The notes under the pieces were generated by a model. The model ran no database searches. It saw nothing but the letters and a program-made list of their open reading frames with translations, and had not been told where the DNA came from. Shown piece after piece: positions 13,448-25,062 of a stretch of 64,000 nt of DNA (the first letter of the stretch is position 1; each line of letters starts with the position of its first letter). Position numbers and translations under genes: made by a program. The stretch comes from Squalus acanthias (Eukaryota). The stretch is taken from the NCBI GenBank assembly GCA_030390025.1, contig CM059432.1, forward strand, positions 122,328,001 to 122,392,000, given 5' to 3'.

Positions 13448-14189
13448 AACTATTATACGTATTAAATCACTGTCAGCTATTTGCGAATAAGATTTGAAGT
13501 TGTGATCCTCTATCACTTATTGCAGCTCGGAGAGGCATCCTATGGAGGCAGAGGATGATCCTAACAGCTAAAATGATTAATAATATCTCTAACGTTCCCC
13601 AGGATAAGATTACTGAAAGCTTACCCAGATACCAAGACTAGTGAAGACACTCTCAAAGGCAGAAGGAGTTGAAACTCGCCCATGAGAGGGATGTAAAATC
13701 GAGAGTGAGTAGTGTAGAAAATATCCAAAGGCACAACAGTATCCTCCGATAATGCCATGAGAGATCCGTCATGTATTAAATATGTTGCACTGAATCGCAG
13801 TTCTTTGCATCAATTTGTTCTGTAAGAGGGGTGGTGACACTGCCTCTTTAATTATTAATCCATTGAGTGCTGTGTAAGGTTACTAAAAGGCCATTTTATT
13901 TTACCCTCTGCATTTAGCTGTTGCTGTTGCTGTTGCTTCCACTGAACACTTCCGCCTTCCCATCTCATCTTAATTTAGTAACAATGGAATATTGATGACT
14001 TCTATATGACTCCGTGGGTCTTATAAATCATACACTTTACACTCCCCCACTCAGGTCATTTTCAGAATATCTACTTAAGCCAATTCCAATCCTAACAGGA
14101 ACTGACATACTGAGGGAAGCAGAAAGAGCTAAGAAATTTCACAGAAAACACTTAAGTGGTGTAGCAATGCCTCACAGAACTAAAGATCA

Positions 14190-14855
14190 AGGCATTGGAA
14201 ATTGGTTTGCGCCGGCCTGCAAACTGGATTCAGGGAACGGTCCCTGTGCTGGAAACAGGTTGGCCCAAGGCACACTCGATATTGGGCCTCATTTACATCA
14301 GACCGGCGAGCTGCAGACACTTACTGGGTGTCACCAGCCAGCTCGCCAGCAAAGATGATTTCAATTTTGTGCCATTGCGTTGCAGGCAGCGGCCCTCAGG
14401 TAGGTCTTGCAACAGGGGTGGAAGCGCTCGGGAGGGAGGGGGGCGACTGGGAGATGGGAGATGCAACAATCGGCAGGGAGAGGGAGGCAGCGCTCGGGAG
14501 GGAGGGGAGTGAGCGGTGCCTGGCAATGGCTAGCGGTTTTAATGTGGAGCCGGGATAAGCACTCCTACACCTCCCGGTTCCATATTTAAGTAAGTATTAT
14601 TTAAAACTAACCTTTTTTGTGGCAACCTGCAGTGATCCCTTTAAGGACCGTCAGTGAGGCTTCATATAAATCTGGTTTTCCTGAAAACAGCCAGTCCAAT
14701 GTCAGCTGTGTTTAGGGCAAACCAATTTGGTAAAGGTAGCATCAAGCAGGTTAATTGCATGCATATGTTTCAGGTGCGGGCCCTGTTCATCTCTTTTGAT
14801 GCCTGTAACAATATGCCTGTAAAATGGACATAGCATCATCGAATTCTTAGGCCTA
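14190..14855. mobile_element. Probable Harbinger-type MITE
   Basis: GGCATTGGAAATTGG...ATCGAATTCTTAGGCC termini. The left part recurs inverted at about 48170-48435 (GACCGGCGAGCTGCAGAC shared). Confidence 0.55.
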
Positions 14856-17171
14856 AGGTCTTAAAATATTAATACAGTATTAATGATTGGTTGAGAAAAA
14901 ACTAAATTAGCTCTTTAAATAATCTGAACTATATAACCGTGCTGCCCCAATTTAGCACTTGGATGTGTGAGACTGTTGAAAATCCAGAGAACTGAAAGAA
15001 CAGTTTATATTTCAAAGTTATAAACCATGAGAATCAAGCGCCTTAAAATCAGATTCACACTTCAAGCTCCGGTCAGACTCGGTATAAACTATCAATAAAC
15101 CTTACTTTCCGTAACCTTTTTTTTGACAATATCCATGGCTGTTATTTTTCATAAAGACAGGTATATGACTGCATGATATAGTTTTAATCGCAAAAGGAAA
15201 TAAAGACTTTTTTTCAACACAAATAGCATTACCAAGCAGTGCATCACAATGCACTGGGCATGATATAATAGCTGTGTTTACCGAAGTGACCGTGAAAATT
15301 GCAGGTAGGTAGGCAGCATAAAGAATTTTAATTCGAATCAAATTAGAATCTTTTAGTGCAGCTAATGGAAATAATTAAAAATATTGTTAGACAGTAAATG
15401 CCAGCCAGAAAGCAAAGTATTCAATTATATCAGCTATTTCAGTAGCACTATCTGAATGTCTCTGTTTAGTTTTAGTACGATTGCATTCAGGATCCTGTGC
15501 ATAAATTTCCACCCAGTGCAAAGATGATATTGATTTTTTTTTGCTTCTGCACAAATCTTTCTTCTTTTTAAAATAAAAGGAATCAATCTGATCAAAAATT
15601 GATTTGAAATAACATGGACCTTATTTCTCATACCTTGTGAGGCTGCCGGTTGTCTCTTGTATAATGCCCATAGATTATGACTTCCTCATTAATACAGAAT
15701 TCTATAAAAACACCACCTGCTCCATTGCTCCCAAAACTAGCATTAAACAAGAGGTGCCTGCAGCTTCCTGTTCTTACATTTGTAATTGAGTAACACTGGT
15801 GATCTGTTTAGAGTTGGGGTTCCAGGAAAGTCTGCAGCAGTACTGTTGGATGCTGTAGAATTTGTAGGTAACTTGTCCAATCCTACATTTTCATAACTGA
15901 TTAACAAATGTATCCTAACACCAGAAACAGCTAGGATGTCAGGGTGGTTGGCATGCTAAAGCAATCCTCCATAGGTCCTTCCACCAAACTGATGGAAGAT
16001 GTCCCAACCTTTAGCTGATGAGGAAACTCTAGGGCTTGTAACGAAAGCTGCTGGAAGCTGTTACCTGGAGGTCAAGTACACAACATATGCTTAAGTATTC
16101 AGGGTTCAGTGCCTACCTTGATTGGACTCCAGTGAGGCAAGCAGTTGCACCTGAAGGTCCTCACCACCAAATGGTGGAACCACCATTTGATGGAGTATAT
16201 CCATGCTGTGGCCAGGAGAACAATGGCAATGAACTAACATATTTTATAGTTAGTTGTCCTGCCCCCAATGTCACCAAGCAAGGGTCCCTGATACATGCTG
16301 TTTGCCTAGCAACAGCTCAGAATAACGCTTATCGGTTATCTGATGGCCAAGTATTGCTTATATTCTTGAGACGGTGGAAGTATATTTGGGGCCCAATTCA
16401 CTCCAAGGTGATACACGATGGGAGATTGGATCCAAGTCGATTCTCTGTGGCAGACTCGGCAATCTGCTACCTGAGCCAGGTAAGTCCGCAGTACTCAAGG
16501 GACTATGGACAATTGAACAGGTAACCAGGCTCACTGATACAACCTGGAGAGATAGACTGGTCACTGAAGACTGAGATTCTTCCAACTCAACTCCAGATAA
16601 CCCTGCAAGCCAATGTCCTAATATATAGGTGGTCCTAGCTGGGCAAGTAGAGAAGTTCACCACTGCTGTAGATCGGTTTGCTACATGGTTTCAGTTGGTT
16701 AAACTGCAACAGGACTTTACACACATTTGGGTGTCCCTACATCTTGGCTCTTACTCACCTGTGCCTAAGCTTTAGGTAAGTCGGGTGTGCCACAATGAGG
16801 AATGTGCCCTCCATATCAGGCAATAAAAACTCTATTTGTGTGGATAGAATCATAGAATTTCACCAAACATAAGACGGCCATTAATCCCATCGCACCTGTG
16901 GTGGGTTATGAAAGATCCGTCTGTTTCTCATTAATTTGGTTTGGAGACTCATAAGCAAGGTCATGGGTTCCCATGTGAAACAGCAGCAAAACAGTGAGAG
17001 GTCTAACTGTTTTTACACGCTGTAATGTACTATCACATGGTTTGTCACATGGTTTGTCACATGGTTTAGTATGAGCGTGTTCAGTTTGCTCTGGCCTAGT
17101 AAACAAGCACATGGGCTAGCAACTCATCGTGTCTCTGTCCTTCACTTGTTCTACCCACAGATATTACATTT

Positions 17172-17189
17172 TGGCGAAGAGGATGGGAT
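17172..17189 (+). promoter_or_regulatory. Primer binding site, tRNA-Ser(GCT)
   Basis: TGGCGAAGAGGATGGGAT is 17/18 identical to TGGCGACGAGGATGGGAT, the complement of the vertebrate tRNA-Ser(GCT) 3' end. Confidence 0.8.
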
Positions 17190-17409
17190 CCCAAAGACAT
17201 TTTTAGGGATCATGGAAGGCACAATGTTCAACCTTCGTGTGGAAAAGTTTATGGTGAATTTGTGACACCTAAACTGAATTTTTGCGATGTTTTACCGTTT
17301 ATGCTCATGCAGAATCGTCTGTGCTTCGCCTTCGCGTGTATGTATACACAGCAACAGTGGCGTCGATTCTCACATGTACACAGGTAGCGTGCTGAGTCAC
17401 TGTTCGACG

Positions 17410-18185
17410 GGATTCATCGGAAGCCTCAGCATGTATGACCGAGCTCGCGAACCATTCAGTTCTTACATTGAGCGGATGGAGATGATTTTTAAGGCCAATA
17501 ACATTATTGAGACCAAAGGTGCAGATGAGAATATTCAAGCTCAAAATAAAGTAATTCATGAACGTAAGAAAGGAATTTTTCTAACAGAGATCGGGCCAGA
17601 TGTCTACGGAACGTTGACAAACGTACTCGCGTCAGGGAAAGCGAAGGATCCATCGTTTGAAGACATTGTCGAGAAACTCGAGGACCATTTCGACCCAAAG
17701 CCGTTAGAAATAGCAAAGAGCTATAAGTTTGGGACCGGAAATCAAAAACAAAGGAAAACCATCAGTGAGTACATTGTAGCTCTTAAGAACCTATCTTTGC
17801 ATTGTAACTTCGGCATATTTTTGGATCGTGCATTGTGAGATAAGTTTGTGTGTGGACTGGTGGATGAGCGCACACAGTCCAAGTTACTGAACACTCCGAA
17901 CCTAACGTTTGACATAGCATGCAAAATTGCCCTATCTATGGAGATGGCGTCTAAGAACGCTAGGGAGCTCCGTTCAACTCAAGTGACTAGTGCAGCTGAG
18001 GTCTACAGTCACAAAGCCACCGCCAAACCTAAAGCTGTGAGACTGGTCAAAAGCATGTCGGTGAGAGCAGTTCAGTGAATTGTTATCGCTGCAATGGAAA
18101 TCACTCACCACAGTCCTGCCAATACAGAAATGTGAAGTGTTTTCACTGCCAGAAGCAAGGCCATATTTCAACAGCTTGCAGAGCT
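17410..18185 (+). pseudogene. gag: Gypsy gag with two zinc knuckles
   Basis: FSSYIERMEMIFKAN...LDRAL*DKFVCGL, knuckles CYRCNGNHSPQSC and CFHCQKQGHISTAC. Internal stop and frameshifts. Confidence 0.85.
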
Positions 18186-18380
18186 AGATCTAAAGCAGGA
18201 AGTAAGAACCATTCTAGTGGCAATGCAAAACAGTGACAACAAAAGGAAGGAAATCACAATATTGAAGTGATCACACCTGATGTTGACGAACTAGGCATCT
18301 ACAGTATCTATGTCACTAGCAGAATCGCAAGCAGTCATGAGAAAGACTTCCATACAAAACTTTTGATCAACGAGCAATAT

Positions 18381-21300
18381 GGGAACGGTATCATAGTGGT
18401 AATGTCACTGGGCTAGTAATCCAGAGGCCTGGACTAATGATCCAAAGATGTGAGTTTAAATCCCACCACGGCAGCTGAGGAATTTAAATTCAGTTAATTA
18501 AATAAACCTGGAATAAAAAGCTAGTATCAGTAATGGTAACCATGAAATTATCGGATTGTCGTAAAAACCCATCTGGTTCACTAATGTCCTTTAGGGAAGG
18601 AAATCTGCCATCCTTACCTGGTCTGGCCTATATGTGACTCCAGATCCACAGCAATGCGGTTGACTCTTAACTGCCCTCTGAAATGGCCTAGCAAGCCGCT
18701 CAGGTGTATATAACCACTACGAAATAATAAAAATGAAACCGGACAGATTGACCTCGGCACCGGCTACGGGCACGGCAACGGCACACCCAGCCCAGTTAAC
18801 CCTGCAAAGTCCTCCTCACCGACATCTGGGAACTTGTGCCAAAATTGGGAGAGCTGTCCCACAGACTAGTCATGCAACAGCCTGACATAGTCATACTCAC
18901 AGAATCATACCTTTCAGCCAATGTCCCAAACTCCTCCATCACCATCCCTGAGTATGTCCTGTCCCACCGGCAGGACAGATCCACCAGGCGTGGTGACACA
19001 GTAGTATACAGTCGGGAGGAGTGGCCCTGGGAGTCCTCAATATTGACTCCGGACCCCATGAAGTCTCATGGCTTCAGGTCAAGCATGGGCAAGGAAACCT
19101 CCTGCTGATTACCATCTACCACCCTCCCTCAGCTGATGAATCAGTACTCCTCCATGTTGAACACCACTTGGAAGAAGCACTGAGAGTAGCAAGGGCGCAG
19201 AATGTACTCTGGGTGAGGGACTTCAATGTCCATCACCAAGAGTGGCTCGGTAGCACCACTACTGCCCGAGCTGGCCGAGTCCTGAAGGCAGGTGGTGAGA
19301 GAACCAACACGAGGGAAAAACCTACTTGACCTCGTCCTCACCAATCTACCTGTTGCAGATGCATCTGTCCATGACAGTATTGGTAGAAGTGACCACCGCA
19401 CAGTCATTGTGGAGTCGAAGTCCCGACTTCACACTGAGGACACAGTTCATCGTGTTGTGTGGCACTACCACCATGCTAAAAGGGATAGATTCAGAATAGA
19501 TCTAGCAGCTCAAAACTGGGCATCCATGAGGTGCTGTGTGCCATCAGCAGCAGCAGAATTGTATTCCACCACAATCTGTAACCTCATGGCCCGGCATATC
19601 CCTCACTCTACCATTACCATCAAGCCAGGGGACCAACCCTGGTTCAATAAGGAGTGTAGAACAGCATGCCAGGAGCAGCACCAGGCGTACCTAAAAATGA
19701 GGTGCCAACCTGGGGAAGCTGCAACACAGGACAACATGTATGTTAAAAAGCGGAAGCAGCATGCAATAGACAGGGCTAAGCGAACCCACAATCAACGGAT
19801 CAGATCAAAGCTCTGCAGTCCTGCCACATCCAGTCGTGAATGGTGGTGGACTATTAAACAACTAACGGGAGGAGGAGGCTCCATGAATATCCCCATCCTC
19901 AATGATGGTGGAGTCCAGCACATGAGTGCAAAAGACAAGGCTGAAACGTTTACAACCATCTTCAGCCAGAAGTGCCGAGTAGATGATCCATATCGGCCTC
20001 CTCCTGAGATCCCCACCATCACAGAAGCCAGTCTTCAGCCAATTCAATTCACTCCACGTGATATCAAGAAACAGCTGAGCGCACTGGCTATGGGCCCTGA
20101 CAACATCCCGGCTATCGTGCTGAAGACTTGTGCTCCAGAACTAGCCGCGCCTCTAGCCAAGCTGTTCCATTACAGCTACAACACTGGCATCTATCCGACA
20201 ATGTGGAAAACTGCCCAGGTGTGTCCTGTCCACAAAAAGCAGGACAAATCCAATCCGGCCAATTACCGCCCCATCAGTCTACTCTCAATCATCAGCAAAG
20301 TGATGGAAGGTGTCATCGACAGTGCTATCAAGCGGCACTTACTCACAAATAACATGCTCACTGATACCCAGTTTGGGTTACGCCAAGACCACTCAGCTGC
20401 CGACCTCATTACAGCCTTGGTCCAAACATGAACAAAGAAGCTGAATTCCAGAGGAGAAGTGAGAGTGACTGTCCTTGACATCAAGGCAGCATTTGACCGA
20501 GTGTGGCATGAAGGAGCCCGAGTAAAACTGAAGTCAATGGGAATCGGGGGGAAAACTCTCCACTGGCTGGAGTCATACCTACCACAAAGGAAGATGGTTG
20601 TGGTGATTGAAGGTCAATCATCACAGCCCCAGGACAACGCTGCAGGAGTTCCTCAGGGCAGTGTCCTAGGCCCAACCATCTTCAGCTGCTTCATCAATGA
20701 CCTTCCCTCCAACATAAGGTCAGAAATAGGGATGTTCGTTAATGACTGCACAGTGTTCAGCGCCATTCACAACTTCACAGATAATGAAGCAGTTCATGTC
20801 CGCATACAACAAGACCTGAACGATGTTAAGGCTTGGGCTGATAAGTGGCAGGTAACATTCGCGCCACAGAAGTGCCAGGCAATGACTATATTCCAACAAG
20901 CGACAGTCTAATCACCGCCCCTTGACATTCAATGGCATTACCATCGCCAAATCCCACACCATCAACATCCTGGGGGTTACCATTGACCAGAAACTTAACT
21001 GGACCAGCCACATAAATACTATGGCAACAAGAGCAGGTCAGAGGCTAGGTATTCTGCGGCCAGTGTCTCACCTCCTGACTCCCCAAAGCCTTTCAACCAT
21101 CTACAAGGCACGAGTAAGGAGTATAATGGAATACTCTACACTTGCCTGGATGAGTGCTGCTCCAACAATACTCAAGAAGCTCGACACCATCCTGAACAAA
21201 GCAGCCCGCTTGATTGGCACCCCATCTACCACCTTAAACATTCACTCCCTCCACCACTGGCGTACCGTGGCTGCAGTGTGCACCATCTACAAGATGCACT

Positions 21301-21640
21301 GTAGCAACTCGTCAAGGCTTCTTCGGCAGCACCTCCCAAACCCGCGACCTCTTCCACCTAGAATGACAAGAGCAGCAGGCGCATGGGAACACCACCACCT
21401 CCAAGTTCCCCTCCAAGTCACACACCATCCTGACTTAGAAGCTTATCGCCGATCCTTCATCATCGCTGGGTCAAAATCCTGGAACTCCCTACCTAACAGC
21501 ACTGTGGGAGTACCTTCACCAGACGGACTGCAGCGGTTCAAGAAGGTGGCTCACCACCACCTTCTCAAGGGCAATTAGGGATGGGCAATAAATGCTGGCC
21601 TTGCCAGCGATGCCCACATCTCATAAACGAATAAAAAAAA
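18381..21640 (+). mobile_element. Full-length tRNA-headed single-ORF LINE (CR1/Jockey group), inserted in the Gypsy protease
   Basis: tRNA-like head, ~420-nt leader, APE endonuclease (QPDIVILTES, DFNVHH, LDLVLTN, SDH), RT (NYRPISLL, DIKAAFDRVWH, GVPQGSVLGP), 3' tail and poly(A). Removing it restores the protease reading NEQYINMCINTAADCS. Confidence 0.95.
18800..21578 (+). pseudogene. LINE APE endonuclease-reverse transcriptase ORF (frameshifted)
   Basis: ORF pieces 18836-19108, 19021-19329, 19292-20431, 20459-20911 and 20922-21578 tile one APE-RT protein. The catalytic FADD is mutated to FVND in this copy. Confidence 0.9.
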
Positions 21641-21644
21641 TACA

Positions 21645-24600
21645 TATATTAATATGTGTATCAACACAGCGGCGGACTGCTCTATCATGAGTAAGGACAC
21701 ATGTGAGAGTAAGTTTAATCAAATACCACTTACAAAGAGTACCGTAGAGTTAAAAACCTACTCTGGAGAATTCCTAGAGACATATGGACAAATGGACTGT
21801 ACAGTTCAACACAATGGCCAGTCAGTAAAGCTGCCAATTATTGTAGCGAGCTACAACAACAGGCCAACCCTCATGGGCAAAGACTGCTTGAGAAAGTTAA
21901 AATTAGACTGGAAAAACATCTTCAGTGTAGATGCTTCAAAGAAGCGACTCGACACAATGCTGAACAAGTACGAAAACATGTTCACAGGCAGTTATGAGGG
22001 CATCACTGGGTATGATGCGCATATCCGCATCAAGTCCAACGTGAAGCCTGTCTATTGTAAGGCAAGGCCGGTCCCCTATGCGTTGAAAAGTCAGTTGGAG
22101 GAAGAGCTAGAGAAACTGAGAGAGAACGGAGTGTTAGTAAAAACTGACAAAAGTGAATGGGCTACCCCGATTGTGGTAGTGCCCAAAGCAGACAAAACTG
22201 TGCACTTGTGCAGTGAGTACAAAGTTACTATCAACCAAGCAGTTGATGATGAGCATTACCCGTTACCTACATCACAAGCTTTGTATGCAGCACTCTCTGG
22301 GTGAAAGGTTTTCTCCAAGCTTGACCTGTCGCACACTTACATTCAGCTGAATGTTGACAAAGAGAGTCAACAGTATCTCACCACCAACACACACAAGGGA
22401 CTGTACTCATACACCAAGCTGTCGTATGGTGTAAAGTCCTCCCCCAACATCTTCCAGGCTACGATGAATAGCATTTTGCAAGGAGTTCCAAATTGCTCAT
22501 GCAATCAAGCCAATGTGCTATTGCAACAAGCAGCGAGGAAGAAAATCTAGAAGTGTTAGATTTAGTGCTTCAAAGATTTAATTCCTATAGGGGGTGGCCT
22601 GTGGGTTAGCTTTGCCTCTGACTGTCTGGACGGGTCGAACTGTTCCCACTCCCCTGAAGTTCTAGACTCCGGACTTAGATACAGGCTGCGATACAAAATT
22701 GGAGTGGACAGCTGGTTTGGTGCAAGAAAACTGTGTTTATTGAAGTCACACTAAAATTATAACATTAAAAATACACTTAGATTATACAGACATTCAAGAG
22801 TACACTTGGTTAAGAATGGGGAACACACGGCACAACGAGGGAATAATCACAATAATAATCCCCTTACCCTTGTCCCACCCCCAAAACCTAACTAAATTGC
22901 ACTAAGAGAGGCCAGGGATCATGCTCACCAACAGGGGTTTCTTGACAGTTCGAAATCCAGCCAGGTAAGCCGGTTACGTTTTTGGGGTACGCTCTTTGTG
23001 TCCTTTGGGGCCTGCCGTCCCCACGTGGTACCGGTCTGTGGAATCTGCGAAGGTCCCTCAGTTTGGTGGAGTCCGCTGATGCGGTAGGGCGCGGTTATGG
23101 ATTTGTCTGGTAAGTACCCACTTTTCTTAGTTAGAAATAGGGAAAGTAAAGTATTTGTTGGCTACTTTACCTTGTAGAGTGGAAACTTCGGATTTTGTTC
23201 TTCCGATGGTGGTCTGGTCGTCGAGTTTTGTTGTGGTTGGCGGTCTTTGGTGTCGGCTCGGTCGCGGCGGCCTAGATCATTACCTGAGTGGTGGTAATGA
23301 TCTGAAGGTATGGTTTACCCGGCCCTTGGTTACCGCGGTGCTCGTGGTCGGTCTTTGTGTAGGGCTGCGGTTGCGGCCTTGTCATCTTCGGTCGAGCCTG
23401 CCCCACCGTGCCCCCTCGCTGTGATGTTGGGTCTTCCTGCTGCTTCCGGAGAGGTTTTCCAAGCCCCGTTTGGTTACTGGTGGCCCACAGTTATACTGTT
23501 TTTGAATTTCTTATCTGGGCGCCAAATCAGGGTTAGTTCTTTGTCTGACTTTTGGGCGGGCTCCTTAAGGTGATTTCACTCGTTGTTTTAATGGCTTTAA
23601 TGTCTTGGGTGTTTGTTATGTATAAAGTAAATCGTTGTCTTCCTGGCTCGGTAGCTAGTTTGAACTGTAAGTGATTATTTATGCATAGTTTTGATGGGCT
23701 ATAGGTTTGTGCAAGATTAAGTCTTTTCCTGGGTTGATTGTTTTAAAGGGAAGAATACGTATTCTGTCTCCTCTAGTTGTCTGGCTTCAGGCAACAATCA
23801 AAGCTGTATTCTACAAGTCCAGACATGTCAAGTTCTAGGCCTTTTAAACTTGACCTCCTGTCTGCAGGGTCCTACTTTAACCTTGCATTTTTCCTGCCAT
23901 AAAGTCCAAAAGCCATTCCCTTATTGATGACTTGGGAAATGTGGGAATTTTGAGAATCCTACATTCCTACAATGTCAAATTGAAAAGGAGCAAATGTGCC
24001 TTTGTGCAGCCCGAGGTTGTGTACCTTGGTCTGAAAGTTGATGCAAATGGCTTGCAACGAGTGAAGGAAAAGGTTGATGTTGTCATCAATGCTCCAAAGC
24101 CACAGAACGTGTCTGAATACAGATCTTTACTTGGAATGGTCCATTACTATGTACGTTTCTTACCTGAGTTAGCGACCATGTTAGCTCCATTGCACGAGCT
24201 CCTCAAGAAGGATGTTCAGTGGAAGTGGACAAAAGCACAACAGGAAGCTTACGACATTTGTAAGAGAAGTCTCTTTGGCGATGCTCTACTTGTGCACTAC
24301 GACACAGAGCGTGAGCTTAAGTTAGCGTGTGATGCTTCTAGTTACGGTTTGGGAGCTGTCAGAAGCCACGTAATGGATGACGGCCAAGAGAAAACAATCA
24401 TGTTCTCATCGCGAACCCTCAGAAAGAGCAAAAGAAACTACGCGCAAATTGAAAAGGAAGCACTCGCCATAGTGTTTAGAATCAAGAAATTCCAACAGTT
24501 CCTGATCGGCAGAAAGTTTACCCTGATTACTGATCACGAACTGCTCCTAGCAATACTGGGGCCCAAATTTGCCATCCCTGCAATGGCCGCATCAAGAATG

Positions 24601-25062
24601 CATCGTTGGGCAGTGTTGTTGTCACAATATGACTACACGATTGAATATCGCACTTCAAAGCAGAACGCAATCGCAGATGCCTTGTCCAGGTTGCCACGTG
24701 AAGACTCATGTGTTGGGCGTGAAGGTGAGATTTTCACGCTAGGTGCAGTTGACAAAGACTTTCCCATGAATGCGACTGAGATTGCAAATGAGACTCAGAA
24801 GGACTCGGTACTGAAGATAGTGTATGAAAACACCTTGAATGGATGGACTGATCAGTGTCTGGACACAGAGTTGAAACCATTCCATAACCGTCGTATTGAA
24901 TTGTCCTGTGAGCAAGGTTGTATCAAGTGGGGAAACAGAGTGGTGGTACCGACTTCTTGGAGTTCAGAACCAAAACAAAACAGCCCGAAAATTGGTTCAA
25001 CACCAAAACCTTTTGTAAGATCAGGAAGGCTCCGCAAACCTGTTTTTAAACTGGATTTGTAG
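21645..25062 (+). pseudogene. pol: Gypsy pol (protease, RT, RNase H; integrase core deleted)
   Basis: KARPVPYAL, SEWATPIVVVPK, FSKLDLSHTY, CDASSYGLGAV, NYAQIEKEALAIV, TDH, NAIADALSRLP. Interrupted by the solo LTR 22586-23963. Jumps from NRVVVPT straight to the C-terminal RSGRLRKPVFKLDL. Confidence 0.9.
22586..23963 (-). mobile_element. 1378-bp solo LTR with 4-bp TSD
   Basis: TSD TTCC at 22582-22585 and 23964-23967. Minus-strand ends TGTAGG...CCCCCTATA. Excision restores the pol reading QRFNSYNVKLKRSKC. TATAA and AATAAA on the minus strand. Confidence 0.9.

Noticed and set aside
16087..16524. ORF with a C..CG...FIVSCP motif resembling a LINE C-terminal zinc finger
   Set aside because: Too degenerate to assign by eye.
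17032..17067. Short direct repeats (TCACATGGTTT x3) as a CRISPR-like array
   Set aside because: Head-to-tail tandem duplication without spacers, inside a eukaryotic LTR.
18381..18470. Bona fide tRNA gene
   Set aside because: No proper acceptor stem, duplicated arm, no terminator, and continuous with the retroelement.
23932..23963. N-terminus MGNVGILRIL of the 376-aa pol ORF
   Set aside because: Read-through from the inserted solo LTR, not a true start.
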